Source of the DNA: Eledone cirrhosa
Taxonomy: Eukaryota
Length of the DNA: 64,000 nucleotides
Assembly (NCBI GenBank): GCA_964016885.1
Contig: OZ024741.1
Location: forward strand, 329,282,001-329,346,000
Direction: 5' to 3'
The notes beneath the pieces were generated by a model. It did no database searches, was not told the origin of the DNA, and worked only from the letters and a program-made list of their open reading frames with translations. Each line of letters starts with the position of its first letter. Position 1 is the stretch's first letter. Below are positions 13,042 through 27,961 of this stretch, one piece after another. A program made the translations under genes and the position numbers.

Positions 13042-14863
13042 TTGTCGAGGCTTCCAAACGACTTAAGGAAAAAGTACAAGGTAGCAAGTAAGGACGAACT
13101 CGAAAAACTGAATACAGATGCATCTTGTATAATGCATGAATTAGACGTTGAGAATAAAACACAACCCTTCATGCCTAGGAAACCCAAGATCAATATGAAG
13201 GATCACAAAAGAAACTTTGAAAATGATTTACCAGTCAGATTAATTGCACCATCTAAATCTGACCTGGGAAAACTTAGCAAAAATATTCTAGACAGGGTAA
13301 TACAACAAATTATAAACTTACCTAATTTATCTAACTTAAAATTATGGAAAGGGACTAGTGAGGTTATTGATTGGTTTAAAGAAATTAAATATAACTATAA
13401 TAATAAGTTTATTCAGCTGGATATTGCTAACTACTATTCATCTATCACTCCTAATCTACTGAATAAGGCACTAACATACTGACCTAACTAGCAATGAAAT
13501 GCACATTATATTATCGGCAAGGAAAACATTGATAGAATTTAATAACCAACTCTGGACTAGGGCAGATAGAAATAATAATTTCGACATAACTATGGGATCA
13601 TCAGACTCAGCTCAGGTAACGGACCTTGTGGGCCTATTTATAATTAATTCGCTACATAGAAAAATACCAGGTGTAACCGGAGGATTATATCGTGATGACA
13701 TGATTTTACTTGTAGAAAATAATAGCTGTGAACTAAATAGAAAAAGAAAACAAATTATACAATTTTTTAATTACCTTAATCTAAAAATAGAAATAGAGAA
13801 TAACCATAGAATAGTTAATTTTCTTGATGTAACACTAAATCTCAACACATGTCTTCATTATCCATTTCACAAACTAAATGAGAACTTGAATTATGTCAAC
13901 TTTAACTCTAATCACCCCAGATCTGTTAAAAATACTATAGTGAACTCTGTTCAAGAACGAATTTCAAGAATTTCATCTAATAAAAATATATTTGATGAAA
14001 AAGCGGAGTATTACAACGAAGCGTTAGGTAGAGCTGGATATAGAAATAAATTAAATACATCGATAATAATAATAATAAGCAAACTAACCAAAATAATAAC
14101 AATTTCAATTACGGTAACAACTTTAACAACTATAATAGAAAACATTACAATAATTCCAAAAGCCGAAAAAGAAATAGAACTAGAAATATATTATGGTTTG
14201 CTCCCCCTTTCCCACTAAATATTAAAACCCCTATTGCTAAACTATTCTTTAAAGCTCTTGACAAACGCTTCCCTAGAACACATAAATATTACTCAATTTT
14301 TAATAGACACACTATAAAATTAACTTACTCGTCCACCAAAAATTTAGCACAAAATATTAACAGAATTAATAATAGGAATTTAAAACCTAACCAAAATACC
14401 AATAATAACCCAAACAATATTCAATTAAATAACTGTAACTGTAGAAATAAATCTAACTGTCCGTTAAAAAAACAACTGCTTAGCTAAAAATGTAGTGTAC
14501 AATTGTAATGTTAAAACTAATTTAAATTCATTTAACTATGTTGGTTCCACCTCTACAGAATTTAAATTTCGCTTCAATAATCATAGGAATTCTTTCACAG
14601 ATCCAAACAAAAAATCTTCAACTTCGCTATCTAGCCTACTATGGGACCTAAAACGAGATAATATTAAATATTCGATGAATTGGAATATTATTTCATAAGC
14701 TACTCCTTTTAATTCCTCTTCAGAAAATTGTGATCTTTGTATTGAAGAAATATTCTTTATATTAAATTCCAAAAATTCCCTTAATCTAAGGAATAATTTA
14801 TTCAGTTGCTGCAGACATAGATTGAACTCAACGTTTAAATATAAATATAAATTTAAAATGTAG
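13042..14863 (+). pseudogene. Penelope-like (Naiad-type) RT + GIY-YIG polyprotein, 5'-truncated, frameshifted
   Basis: KDHK, PVRLIAPSKSDLG, FIQLDI, MGSSDSA, LYRDD, NFLDVT, SNHP, CNC..CPL, VYNC..YVGST, CDLC..E, CRHR motifs. Confidence 0.92.
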
Positions 14864-16422
14864 TATAATTAATTAAGTAATTTAGTTAATATATGAAACC
14901 TGTCGATAAATCATTAGATTCCTTCACCTTTTTCTTTTTAAACTTTCTTCCTAAATATAAACATGTATATAATAAACTACTCTAAAATGTCTATACTTCC
15001 AATGTATTAAATAAAATATACGTAAGATAAATTTCTATACTAAATATAAGGTTATCGTAGAATCATGGGGTTTTTTAAATCTTTTAAATTATTTTTTATT
15101 TATTTGTTTTGATTCTGATAGCTTCTCATAACTTTCATAAGTATACCCTTTCAATATCTTGATTGAGATATACGTAGGATAAATTTCTATACTAAATATA
15201 TAAAACATATTATTTTAACTTAAGATACTCTATGGTGTTTTAAAGATATTTAATGCTTTGATATTTCTAGATTTCTTTTGACCAGACTGATATAGTTGCA
15301 TTTCCAAAATATATTCCTTTGGTATTTTAAATTTATATTGTTATGGTTATATTTACAAGTTATAATCCTTTAGTAATATATTGATATTTGATTATCTCTA
15401 TACAAATGCAAATGTGTGTATTAGCATGCATATAAAGTGTTATAGGTTTTTTGTGTTTGTATATATGTCTGTATATATACATGAGCGATGCGGGAGGACG
15501 CACGCAAATATTTATTTATGAATATGTATGTGTATATATGTATGTATATATATCTATGTGGGTGAGAGGTATGTTGCAGATATGCATAATATTAAATACA
15601 TGATTGGTAATCGTATATATGAGGACATGAATATTAATAGTATATATTTATGTATATATACTGTGAACTTTTTATAACACAAGGAATGTATAGCAGTGAT
15701 TAAGAGAAATCATTTAAGTTTTGTATGGCTATATTATTGGCTTGAGTAAACATAATTTCTATTTTCAGGACGTGCGTATGTGTGTGTATATATATATATA
15801 TACATATATATTTGTATGTCTTTGCAAAAGATACTGATCTCTATAGCAAGGGTACATTTTGAACGATTTAACTCAGATTTTGGTATATTGATCTCAAGTT
15901 TTTAAACTAAACATATAGTCATTATTGAACAATGTTTAATTTCTCACATTATATATCTATGTCCCATTCACGAATATTGATATTTATATTTTTATTATTC
16001 ATTTCATATAAATTGTTAACTCAACTTAATATGACATGACGTAAAGTTTTCATTGTCTCCCCCTCTCTCTATATAGTATTTCTCTCTCTTGAGTTTTTCT
16101 ATCTGTATGATGACTTGATATCTCTCTGTTGCTTTCCTTTGTTTTTCTTATTTCTTCCTTTTTTCTTTCTTTTTTATTTCCTCCTATCTTTATTTATCTC
16201 TTTCTTTTCTCCATACATTTCTCTCTCTCTCCGATATTTCTCCAGGTTTTCTTTCGCTCTCTCCGTTTTTTTTTTCTTTCTCTCCGTCTTTTTCTAATTG
16301 TGCTTAACACTATGACTTATTAAAATAATATAAACAAATCACTATCCAGACAGCCTCCAAAAGTAATGGTTGCATTTTAAAAGAGTACGTCAAAGCTATT
16401 TGTAAAACTGTTATATATTGTA

Positions 16423-16483
16423 TTTTGTCTGATGAAGGCATACCATAATTTAATGTGGTATCCCTGAAATATGTATAATGAAA
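16423..16483 (+). ncRNA. Minimal type I hammerhead ribozyme
   Basis: tttgt CTGATGA agg-c-atacca..tggtat-c-cct GAAA tatgta TA atgaa. Confidence 0.75.
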
Positions 16484-16524
16484 TAAATATGGTTTTATAA
16501 ATATAGTTTCCATTTATTAATATC

Positions 16525-16594
<70 letters not shown>

Positions 16595-16602
16595 TTATAA
16601 AC

Positions 16603-17240
16603 GGAAAAAATGAAACGAAATTTCATTTCCCACTCTTAGTACGGCTGTTACTTAAATATAAGTATGTACACGTACATACATATATGTATACAGACATACA
16701 GTAGTATGTATATATATATACATACATGCACACATATATATATGTACGTATGGATTCACCGAACATTTATTATAATGCTCGGTGTGTTTGTAAACAAACA
16801 TCCCGTATTGAGCCGTAGTGTCCAGCAACCATCGCTGCTCGTTTGTTCAACACTGACAAAGGAACGCTGTACTAGTTTCAAGCTTATTAGCTATCGTCAG
16901 CAACGTATACCTTCCTGCCAGATTGTTGAACGTATATACTTACCTTATGCATATTAACGGCTGAGTAGCCCAATTTGCATATCGAGTGGGTTAATCGATA
17001 GTTAATTAGCTTGAAACTAGTACAGCGTTCCTTTGTCAGTGTTGAACAAACGAGCAACGATGGTTGCTGGACACTACGGCTTAATACGGGATGTTTGTTT
17101 ACAAACACACCGAGCATTATAATAAATGTTCGGTGAATCCATACGTACATATATATATATGTGTGCATGTATGTATATATATATACATACTACTGTATGT
17201 CTGTATACATATATGTATGTACGTGTACATACTTATATAT
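16603..17240. mobile_element. PLE pLTR family D, head-to-head inverted repeat
   Basis: 16655-16895 inverted at 16996-17238; same family at 31861-32672; contains an HHR. Confidence 0.75.
16865..16905 (-). ncRNA. Minimal type I hammerhead ribozyme
   Basis: cgttg CTGACGA t-agct aata agct-t GAAA ctag TA cagcg; mutated copy at 32360-32400 (+). Confidence 0.7.
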
Positions 17241-17373
17241 ATGTACTACCAAAATTAAATTAAAGATGTCATGTCTGAGAATATCAGAAACAGAAACATG
17301 CGCCATACCACCTGTTGAATAAGCTCAAAGATTCTAAGGAAACAATCTGAGCATTATATATATAACTAGCTGA

Positions 17374-19013
17374 GGTACGCAGCTTCACTAAGGTTAACAA
17401 ATGATAAGAGAAGACCGGCAGAAGAGAAAACGTCTGTATTGAATGCATTGTCTTGTTTACAGTGTGTGTGTATGTGTGTGTGTGTGTATATGTGTGTGTT
17501 TACTTGTGTGAGTGTTCGTGTATGTGTGTGTGCGTGTGCGTGTGCGTGTGCGTGTGTGTGTAATCCACCACCGTTGGAATCGGAGACAGGCCGCGAAACA
17601 CGATCATCACTGACAACGAACTCGCAGAGAGATTCCCTTATGGTTGATTCCCAACCTGCTAGAAATAGTAGTCAGGTTGGTTAGCATACGTGGTATGTCT
17701 TCTTCTTCTTTGGTGTTATAAAATTAGTATCAATAAACTTTCATGGATATATTCTTATCCCAATCCTGTACATACTTTTCGTTTTTTTTCTTTTCGTGCA
17801 ATATGCGAAGGAACCAACCAACAAACATCTTTCTTTTATATCTCTTTTATTTGTTCATTCAAAATATTTTTCAGCTAATTCTGTTGTACAATATACATCA
17901 GCAATCGTTATCTAATGTTTAAAACATGAATAGCTGCGATATATGCACCATATCAATCAAAAACGATATGAGAATTGAATACCATACTAAAGCGCCAGTA
18001 AGCTTGCTAAGAACCTGCAGAAAGAAATGTTAATAAATTCAACATTTGGCTTGGATAAACTTTAAGATGTTCTTTCATTGTAGGTTTATTTTCTCCTTCT
18101 CTCCTTCCTCTCTTCTTCCTTAGCTCACCCTAGAGCATCCCACATACAATTGACCATGGTTTTCCCAGATGAATGCCAGCCACTTTTAGGGTTTGACCCT
18201 GAGCTTTGTTGATGGTAATCACGAAGCTTAGTCTCTCTGTTGCTCTAGTAACATTTTTTCTTCTGGAAAATCTGATCTTGCGGCCAGGCTAAGACTTTGT
18301 GGGTGGCATTTCGGCAGTAACAATGACGATAAGCCGTCTGTGCTTTCGTGAAATAAATACGTTTGTTTATATTTTGTTTTTGTGTATGCAAAAATATCTG
18401 TACACGAATATATAATTATATATATATATTAAAATAACAGATTAAAGTTTAAGCAAAGAATCGCTGCTTTCACCCTTAACGGGATCTTCTGAATCTAAAA
18501 AAAAACAATCTGTGAACGCAGAAGTAAATATTTCGAAAAATGTTGTAACCGAAATAAAACAGGAAGATGATACTTTGGTTCATGAAGACGTTAGAAATGT
18601 CGTATAACCGGAAGTGTTGACATTTGAAATGTTAAAGAGGTGAATATTTAAATAATTGTTTCTACTTTTGGCACAAGGCCAGCAATTACCCAGTGCATTA
18701 CTGGTACTTTATTTTATCGACCCCGTAAGGATGAAAGGCAAAGTTAACCTCGGCGGGATTTGAACTCAGAATGGAAAGGGCCGTAACTCTTTGCGTTAAA
18801 GCATGGCGTCCGACTCTCTACCGATACTGCCAATACACCGCCTATATTGTGACTATTTAAATAATGACTTTAATCTATTAACAAAATTCAGTAGACAAAA
18901 ATACCCTCACTTTCTTACTTGGAAAAAGTTACATCTATGGTGCAAATTTGGTGCCGTTTAGTCTTGGCGGAAAGTTTGTTACTTACATACGGCCGTCAAC
19001 TTTATAGTATAGA
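17374..19013 (+). mobile_element. Helentron/DINE-1-like non-autonomous element (HINE) with nested SINE
   Basis: 5' actagctga, internal aaccggaagtg..tgacattt shared with 58466, 3' gtgcaaatttggtg...ctttatagtatagat. Confidence 0.45.
18652..18843 (-). mobile_element. tRNA-derived SINE (family 1)
   Basis: Full consensus match. Confidence 0.85.
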
Positions 19014-19737
19014 TATATATATACAATAATTATCAATGAGTTCTGTCTTCTTTGTGAATAATCACGATTGCTATATCTGAAAATAACAGATATGTATGTA
19101 TGTATGTGACTTTTTCACGTGTTTTTGTGTGTGTATATAAATTTCAAACATTGAATTTTTTTACTAAACGACAGATCTTAGTGGTGATACATGTTGGTGG
19201 TAACGGAAGCTATGATGGTGTTATTGCGGGTGATGGTGGTGTTGGTGGTGCTAGTGATGTTGGTGGTGTTGGTGGTGTTGGTGGTGGTGATGGAAGTTAG
19301 AGAGGTGTTGGTGGTAGTGATGAGTGATGATGGTTGTTATGGTGGTAGTAATGGTGGTGGTGATGGTGGTGGTTATGGTAGTGATGGTGGTGTTGGTGGT
19401 CTTATTTTGATCTCTAGCGTTCAGAGATAAAACAGGAAAATAAAATAAGTGTGTATAAGCATAAATATCAGTAACCTATATCAACGCTGCTTCCATGTCT
19501 AGACAATGTGAAAGTACCGCTCCCTGATGGGCAACACTCTAGACGTCAACTTCTTCATGGCCCCAGCAACTGTTTGCGATGGATATATGTTTTGCTCAAG
19601 AACACAACGCAGCAGCCTGGCCAGCAATTGAACCAGCGACCTTACGATCATACGTCAAGCATTCTAACCATTAGGCCATACGGCTTCCCGTATGTTCTTT
19701 AGTGGTTGTAAATTTTAAAGAGTTACAGTCACATATA

Positions 19738-19945
19738 CGAGGGTCGACTGAAAGGTTCATATGCTAACCAAGATACTCTCATGGAATAACAAAATGATGT
19801 TTACTTTTCAACATAGTCCCTGGAGAAAAAACAATGCTGTTATTAATAAAAAAAAAAAAAAGGGTTGAAATTAATGCATGCAAGATTTCACAGCTCTAGA
19901 ATCACTCCTTCATAGCCACCCCATGAACTTTTCAGTCCACCCTCG
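19738..19945. mobile_element. Tc1/mariner-type MITE
   Basis: TIRs cgagggtcgactgaaaggttcat / atgaacttttcagtccaccctcg, TA flanks. Confidence 0.8.
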
Positions 19946-21383
19946 TATCTTATAAATCTGCAAACACGTTTCGACTTTGCAGTGCACTTATTGTTGGATT
20001 TAGTGTAGGCACGTATCTTACTGTCTAGGATGTTCGCCTCTTGATCGCAAGGCCATGAGTTCAATTCCTGTTTGTGCGTTGTGACCTTGAGCAAGACATT
20101 TTATTTCACGTTACTCTATATCACTCAAATAAAAAGAAAATTGTGATTGTAATTCAAAAAATCAGTCACGCCGAATCTCACTGAGTATTACGTTAAGGGT
20201 ATACCTGTCTTTGGGTATACCTCAGCCACGTGGATATGAGCAGTCTATTCCGTCATTCAAACGCCAGAAATAGTCATAGTGGTAACCGACGGAAGTCCAC
20301 ACACACATATATAAGTGTGTTAATGTGTATATGTAATGACATTTCGAGGGAATACAATCAGATTTACGTAAACCACAGTGAACGTGACATCAGCTAGCAT
20401 TAGTCTTGTCATATCTCCAGGGAAATTCATCCTGTTAGCACCTATTTTGTCTTCTTATCAATCTACCTAGCTACTTATCTATCTATCTAGCTAGCTAGCT
20501 AGCTAGCTAGCTATCTAGGGGGTTCAGTCACTCACCCTTTCCTTCACTATCTATCTATCAATCTACTTACATACTTATCTATCAATCTATCTACCTATCT
20601 AGTTCCCTCTCTATCTATCTACATTAAAGAAATATATCTATCTACATACCTATCAACTATGTGGCTATATGTTTTTTGTATATATTTGGGGAGGGGTTTA
20701 CATAGTTACGTTTCTGCTTCTTGGTTATGGTATCGTTGAATATCTGTCTACATATCTGTCTATTTAGATATCTACCTATACAACACACTCTCTCTCTCTC
20801 AATATCTCTCATTTTGCCCCTCCCTCTATCTCCTTCACTCTCCCTCCCTCTCATTCTTTCTCTCTATCTCTCTTTGTCTCTCTCTCTATATATAGGATAT
20901 TACCCACAGAGCCGTTTAATTGAATAGTCTTTTGCTTATTTATATTCTTATTACACGTGATACCGTGTGTGCGCGCGTGCGCGTATGTGATAATTTTCGA
21001 TATGAGTGTGTGTGTGTATGTATATATATGTGTGTGATAGTGTGATACTTTTGGCATGTTATTGTGCGTGAGTATCAATGGAATTGCTCATCGTCATCCA
21101 GAAACTTAATAAACTATACATCCTCTCCAACATTTAATTAGCTGCAATATCTATGAAGTGTGTTTAAGTTGTCAATAAATATAATTAAGTGTAAAGCGTG
21201 AATATCTGTGGGAAGAGGTGTTATTATCAGTTTCGTCTTCAACTGGACATAACGAAGGCACTGATCATCAGTCATTACTTCCACTGATCAGCTATTGCAA
21301 ACACCCACAGCACACATCAGACTTTTGGGAAGTCATTGACTCTTTGCAGGAATATCAGGAAAATAAGGTGGGTTGTGTACCCA

Positions 21384-21461
<78 letters not shown>

Positions 21462-22358
21462 CCCGCACCGGATGTTTCGAAGCAGTACAATTTAAAGTTG
21501 AAGTCCGGTACAAACCTGGAACTTATACCACAGGGCATTCTATCCGATGTTCTAAGTTAAAGTCTGTTCTAAACCAAAGGCTCATCAGGCCAGCGTTTAT
21601 CCCTGCTTTCCTTGACGTTAAGCAATTGAGAGAACAAAGACTCTCTCAGGATTAACACTACTGCCAATTGGTCGACTAATATAAGAAGATCTCTTCAAAA
21701 TAACTGACTTAGTACGTTCATGTTTTTTTTTTCTCATTTCTTTTTCTGTTCCTTCCTCTTCTCGCTCTCTATCTTTCTATTTCATCTATTATTTCTCATT
21801 CTATCTTCTTATGAAAGACCGGTGCCCGTAACGTTAAGGTTCTTTTCCTATTATTTCAAGTGTTAAACTAATATATTTCTTCATTGTACTGTGTCGTTTG
21901 CTTTGTTATTTCTGTTTATTTTTTACATAATATATGACGATACTGACACTTATTTCTAAAGGGAGATGCGTGAAGATACTATAAAATCGACTACATTCAT
22001 TCAATAGTCTTTTTTATTTCTAAAAAGCCTGAAATCGGCGAAGAAAAATATAAGAGATGTTTTTTAACGTTTTATCCGCCTCCATTGTCAAAATAGACTT
22101 CGACTCAGAAATAAATTTTAAAAAATAATAAACAGTAAATTCAAACACGTGAATAACGCAATCAAAAATCAGCTCGTAAACATTTCATGATATGATACAT
22201 AAACCCAAACACGTCCATACACACAAAGACACATACACACAAATACTCATACACGCACAAGCACGCATACACACACACATACATACATATATAAACACAT
22301 ACACATACACACATACATACAAACACACATATAAATACACAAACACATTCATATATAA

Positions 22359-25300
22359 CTTTCTTTTTATTTGCCACCAGGGCATCAACAAGTGGGACAA
22401 TGGGGGGGGAGTTTACATAAAAAGGCGTCCTCAATAAGGAGGAGGCAATAACAAAATATAAAAAATAAAATATAAAATATAACAAAAATAAATTTAATAA
22501 CAAAATCCTCAATAGGGAGGAGGCGCTTTGGGGGGTCGCACACACCCCCGAAAAAAGTGTGCAACCCTTCTCCCCAGGAGCACAGAGAGGGGGTGTTCCC
22601 TTGATCTTTCAGCTTCCTCACCTATAGTCTGATGTAGAGTGAAGGCCCATTCACACGGGCCATTCTCGCCACTTTCACCCATCTTTCATAAAAACGGCTG
22701 GGGTGGAGCACATCTCTCTCCATCCTGATCCTTCTTCCGAAATGATATCGGAAGAAACGGACCAGTTGTTGGCCAGAGAGAAAGGTGTCTGACCTCAGTG
22801 CTTTCAGACGCGTCCACCATACAACCTCTTTCGCCATGAATATTACGCACAGAAACACCGCCTCTCCTTCGTTTTTGAAGAGGGGAGGCGGCTTGATCGT
22901 TACAATAGACTCGGTGGTCAACCGGATCGGTCCCACCCTTGACAGCAGTCGTTCGACATAGCCGCACAGATCGGCAATGCCCGAGCAGTGTACCAATGCG
23001 TGTGCAACGGTTTCCTCGTCGCACGCGCATCTGGGACAGATCTTTTTCGAGGGGTCCCTACCCGGGCGCCCGTGTCTGTAGAGCCTTTCTCGAACGGGCA
23101 AAGCCCCTCGGTAGCACTGCCAGGCCAGGGACCTCTGGAAGTTATCTATCCCAGGCTGAATGTCCTACCGAACAGGTTGGCCAGTTCGTCTTCCTCCATG
23201 CCTAGGGCTTCTCCAAGGGCGTCGTCGCACCTGCTAACCACCGGCCCTCTATAGAATGACGAGGTGGATTCTCCACTGACAGCCGGGTCCGCCTGCCTGA
23301 GAGCCGTGGGCGCCTGGGTACACTCGGTGTGCCAGTTATCTCGGTCTTTGCTTGACCCAGGATTGCAGCTCGGTGAGCGAAACGAGTCTGGGAAAGGCTC
23401 GCCTCACAAACGGGGCCCACACCGGTTGACCGGTGAGGAATACCTGGAGGTGCCGTAACCTTAATGCGTGTTTACGTATCATTAGCCACGGCATCCCCAG
23501 CCCTCCGTAAGAAGGGTGTTGACACTAGATGGATCTCCTCACCATAGGAGCCCGCTTCTTCCAAAGGAATCGGAAGAGTGCGCGCTCCATTTTGGCGAGC
23601 GTTTCCCTTGGGCAAGGCACGACGGTCAGGCGGTAGTAGATGACGGGCGCTATATAAGTGTTCGCCACCTCCGCCCGACCTTTCAGGGACAGTTTGCACT
23701 CGGCCCACTTCTGGGTCAGTGCAAACACCCTGTTCGTTACCTCACCCCAGTTCTTCTCCACCTGAAGGTCTGGTCCGAACCAGACCCCGAGCAACTTCAC
23801 CGGGCTCTCCGCCCAGTGCCCGACGACGCCATGTGCCGAGTTGCAGACCTATCGACTTGTCCCGGTTTAGCTTAGCCGCTGTAAACCTTTCGTATTCCTC
23901 CAGTAAGGTGCTAGCGCCCCGATTTCCGAAGCCGTCGACACCATTACTGTTACGTCATCGGCGTAGGCCGACACCGCTTTCCGCAATCCCGGTTCCAACG
24001 GGATGCCCTGCAACAACTCCAACTTCCGCAGCAGTGGCTTTAGAGTCATTACATACAGAAGGGAGGAGAGAGGGCACCCTTGAGGAATGGACCGCGCGAT
24101 TTCGAACGGCTCCGAGAGGTAGCCGTTCACCTTGATCCTAGAGCAGATGCGGCTGCTGTGCATGGCAGTGATCCAGCCCCTGAAAACGGGTCCGAAGCCT
24201 GCCGCCGCTAGCACCGCCTCCAGATAACCATGGTCGACCTTATCGAACGCCTTAGATTGATCCAAGTTGATCAGGGCTCCACCAAAGCGGGGTTCGTTCC
24301 GAACCCTCTCTATGATGTAACGCATGAGGTGGAGGTTGTCATGGCTGGACCTGGACGGGATAGCACATGTCTGCGCATCTCCCACCAGGTTGCCCACGAG
24401 AAGCGCCAACCTCTTTGCTAGCACCTTGGCCAAAATCTGTAACTCTGTATTTAGCAGAGTTATGGGCCTGAAATTATTTATATCGTCCCCCTTGTTCTCG
24501 TCCTTCCTCACTAGCGTGACTACACCCTTGGTCACAGCACAGGGAATTCTCCCGTTCTGTTACCAGTTGCAGTAGACCGCCTCGAGGAGATCGGGGAACA
24601 AGTCCGGCATAGCTAGATATAGTTCGTATGGAAGACCATCGAGACCCGGGGATTTGCGTTTGCCGCATTGGCTCAGCACGTCCTCTATCTCAGTGGCTGA
24701 AATAGGCTCCCGAGAGACGCGGCAGGCCGTCGAGGTATGGACCGAAGTCCACTTCCCCAACCGGTTCCCCGCCCCTTCCGAACAATCTGGCAAAGTGCTT
24801 TTGAAAAGCCTCGCACATCTGCTTAGGTTCAAGGATCACCCGTCCATCCTGGTCTCGCAAAGACCGGATAGTGGATCTACTCCCTCTTTTGGCTTCTGTC
24901 ACACGGGCCCAGCTAACAGCTTTGGTCCCCTCGTTTCCCAGAGGACGTATTTTGCTTCGGACAACGCAGCCTTCGTGTTTCGCGTCGAAGAACTGGTTCA
25001 AGGCCGTTCTCGACGCTTGCACTCTGGCCACGTTGCCGCTTCTCATTGCCTCTTCAACATTAACTACCAACTCCCTTTCCTTCCTATTTGAGGCTAACTC
25101 CTTACTAAATTCTATAGAGACTACTCTAATCTCTCTTTTGAGAGATCCCCACCACCTGCTGTTGACGATGGCGCCCGTCAACCGCTCCTTAACTAAAGTG
25201 TTAATCCGGTCCCAGTAAGCCTTACTTGCCGGTAGGGACAAGTTGAGCTTCCAGTAACCGGGTCCCTGTCTATGCGTTCTGTCAACGTTGACCATGCAGG

Positions 25301-26475
25301 TCACTAACTTGTGGTCTGAATAGCCAACCATGAGCATTTTTGAACAACTTAAAAAGTCCTTATCCTTATTTCTAACTAAGAACCTATCTAGGTACGACCT
25401 AGATGATCAGCTGGGGTTTGCCCAAGTCCAGGTTGGCGCAGTCGGAAAATCTAGTGGATATCTATCGGCCAGGTCAAATCGGCCGATTAACCCTTTGAGG
25501 CTGTTACACCCCTCTCTATCGGGACAGGCCCCTACGTAGGCCCAACGTGCATCTAGGATACCATTTCGATACCGGGACGTCCCTAGAAAAGTCTCCAGAC
25601 GATGGAAGAAGTCCGGCTACGTTGACCCGAAATCGCCGTAGACAGCTACCAGCCTAAACGCTCCGCCTTCACCACTGCCAAGGTCCAGAACCACTAGTCG
25701 ACCTTCCGGGTCCAAATGTACCGTCTGTGTTGCGAGACCCAGATGTTTTTGCAGCAGAACGACAACCCCGCCCCCGCCTTCGCGCTGACAGAGAGATGCG
25801 TGCATCTCAAAGTCATCAAAGGTGGGGTCCAGCTGTCGTACGTTGCTGATCCGGGCCTCGCAAATAACCACCACATCTATACGTTGTGACCTGAGGTAAT
25901 TTAGAAGCATTGCTTGCTTCCAAGTTGAGCCCAGGCCACGCGCATTTAGACAGCCTACTCTTAGCATAACCATGTTGGTGGTGAAGAGAAAAGGCACTTA
26001 CCTCTCTGCGTCCCGGGTATCGGGCTGCACAATTTCCATGGGGGTGGGGGATGGGTTGTTGGGTGGGGTGGTGGTTTGTGGAAGTGTAGGGGCAGCAGTG
26101 TGTTGTGTGGTTGGGGTGTTTGGAGTTGTGTGGGTGTTTGGGAAGTGGGTGGGGAAGTTTTTTAGGAGGACGCGGTTAATGGGCCCGACGCAGGGGGGGT
26201 GGGGCACGTCCTCTTTAAAGTTGTTTTTTAGTGTTTTATATGTGTCCTCTGGGGCCTTAATCATTTTGAGGTGGGGGAAATCCCCTGCCTCGGTGAAGTT
26301 AGGCCCTTGGGTTTTTACTAAATTGTTGTTGTATACAATGTTTAGCAGTTTTTTATTTCTTGTGTTTATGTATGTGTATGCATGTTTTTGTTTTTGTGTG
26401 TTTTTTGTTTGCTGTTGTGGTGTGCTCTTTTGTGTTGGTGTCTGTGTTATGTTTTGGGGCGGGGTTGTTTTCATT
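22359..26475 (-). mobile_element. Tx1/L1-like non-LTR retrotransposon, 5'-truncated in ORF1
   Basis: ORF1 C-terminus (..PTPMEIVQPDTRDAER) directly before ORF2; 3' UTR ends aataaaaagaaag. Confidence 0.88.
22622..25973 (-). pseudogene. LINE ORF2: APE endonuclease + RT + C-terminal zinc finger, multiple frameshifts
   Basis: CLNARGL, SDHK, GYWKLN, KSPGLDGLP, FRPITLLN, DQSKAFD, QGCPLS, YADD, CPRC..EETVAHALVHC. Confidence 0.92.
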
Positions 26476-26584
26476 TATACATATATAGATAGATAGATAG
26501 ATAGATAACGCACACGCTCACACCTCTTTCTCTCTCGGTGTATTTATATATATATATATATATATTTACATACATGTGTGTGTA

Positions 26585-26616
<32 letters not shown>

Positions 26617-26621
<5 letters not shown>

Positions 26622-27180
26622 ATACTTTGGGAGGGTCATGTTGCCAATAAGAAACACACGCACCAGTTGCTTTCACTTCAATTTATTATAATAAATTTAT
26701 AAATTTAGGAATTTATAAATTTCTGGTTGGTTGGTTGGTTCCACAACCAGATGGTTGTTTATATATTGTCAAAGTTCTTTCGTCACACATTCTGTGACCT
26801 CTTCAGTGACTGGGGATTCTTTTCTTTGTTTTTTGTGCCTCTCCTTTGGTCTGTCCTACGCCATCTCGTTTTTGTGGCGTAGGACAGAACAAAGGAGAGG
26901 CACAAAAAGCAAAGAAAAGAATCCCCAGTCACTGAAAAGGTCACAGAATGTGTGACGAAAGAACTTTGACAATATATAAACAACCATCTGGTTGTGGAAC
27001 CAACCAACCAACCAGAAATTTATAAATTCCTAAATTTATAAATTTATTATAATAAATTGAAGTGAAAGCAACTGGTGCGTGTGTTTCTTATTGGCAACAT
27101 GACCCTCCCAAAGTATAACAATATCGGTTTCAACACACGTTTTCAGATAAAGACTCTTGCTAAACAAATTTAGAAACGAA
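26617..27180. mobile_element. PLE pLTR family C, ~250 bp arm inverted repeat in (TA)n
   Basis: 26617-26865 is the reverse complement of 26874-27121; family also at 30925-31565, 32742 and 54677-54905. Confidence 0.8.
26768..26811 (-). ncRNA. Minimal hammerhead-like motif (family C); mutated plus copy at 26927-26970
   Basis: gtca CTGAAGA g gtcaca..tgtgac GAAA gaac TT tgac. Confidence 0.6.
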
Positions 27181-27211
27181 ATATATATATATATATGTGT
27201 GTATATATGTA

Positions 27212-27267
<56 letters not shown>

Positions 27268-27292
27268 CACACATACATATACATATATACAC

Positions 27293-27326
<34 letters not shown>

Positions 27327-27635
27327 GTATATCATATACATCTTTATACATATATATTTACATATATGTATAAGCCTATAAACCTATGTATATGTGCATA
27401 TATCTACAAATCTATGTATTTACGAGTTTATACACATAGGTCTGTGTATATGTCTGTATATGTACGTGTGTATAAATGTAAGATAACAAATAATACAGAG
27501 CAACTAGGAAAGAGAGCTTAATGTGCGTTCCTAATAGAACTTGAACATGATGATGATGATGATGATAATAATAATAATAATAATTGTTTCTACTTTAGGC
27601 ACAAGGCCAGCAATTACCCAGTGCATTACTGGTAC

Positions 27636-27682
<47 letters not shown>

Positions 27683-27688
27683 GATAAT

Positions 27689-27754
<66 letters not shown>

Positions 27755-27770
27755 CGGCAGCAGTAGTAGT

Positions 27771-27847
<77 letters not shown>

Positions 27848-27857
27848 CAGGAGCAGC

Positions 27858-27904
<47 letters not shown>

Positions 27905-27917
27905 CAGGAGCAGCAGC

Positions 27918-27961
<44 letters not shown>

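Larger units (their letters stand above)
13042..16526 (+). mobile_element. Naiad-type PLE including ~1.6 kb AT-rich 3' UTR/pLTR, ending in (TA)n
   Basis: ORF remnant, terminal HHR at 16423, 3' end similar to the fragment at 43300-43618. Confidence 0.75.
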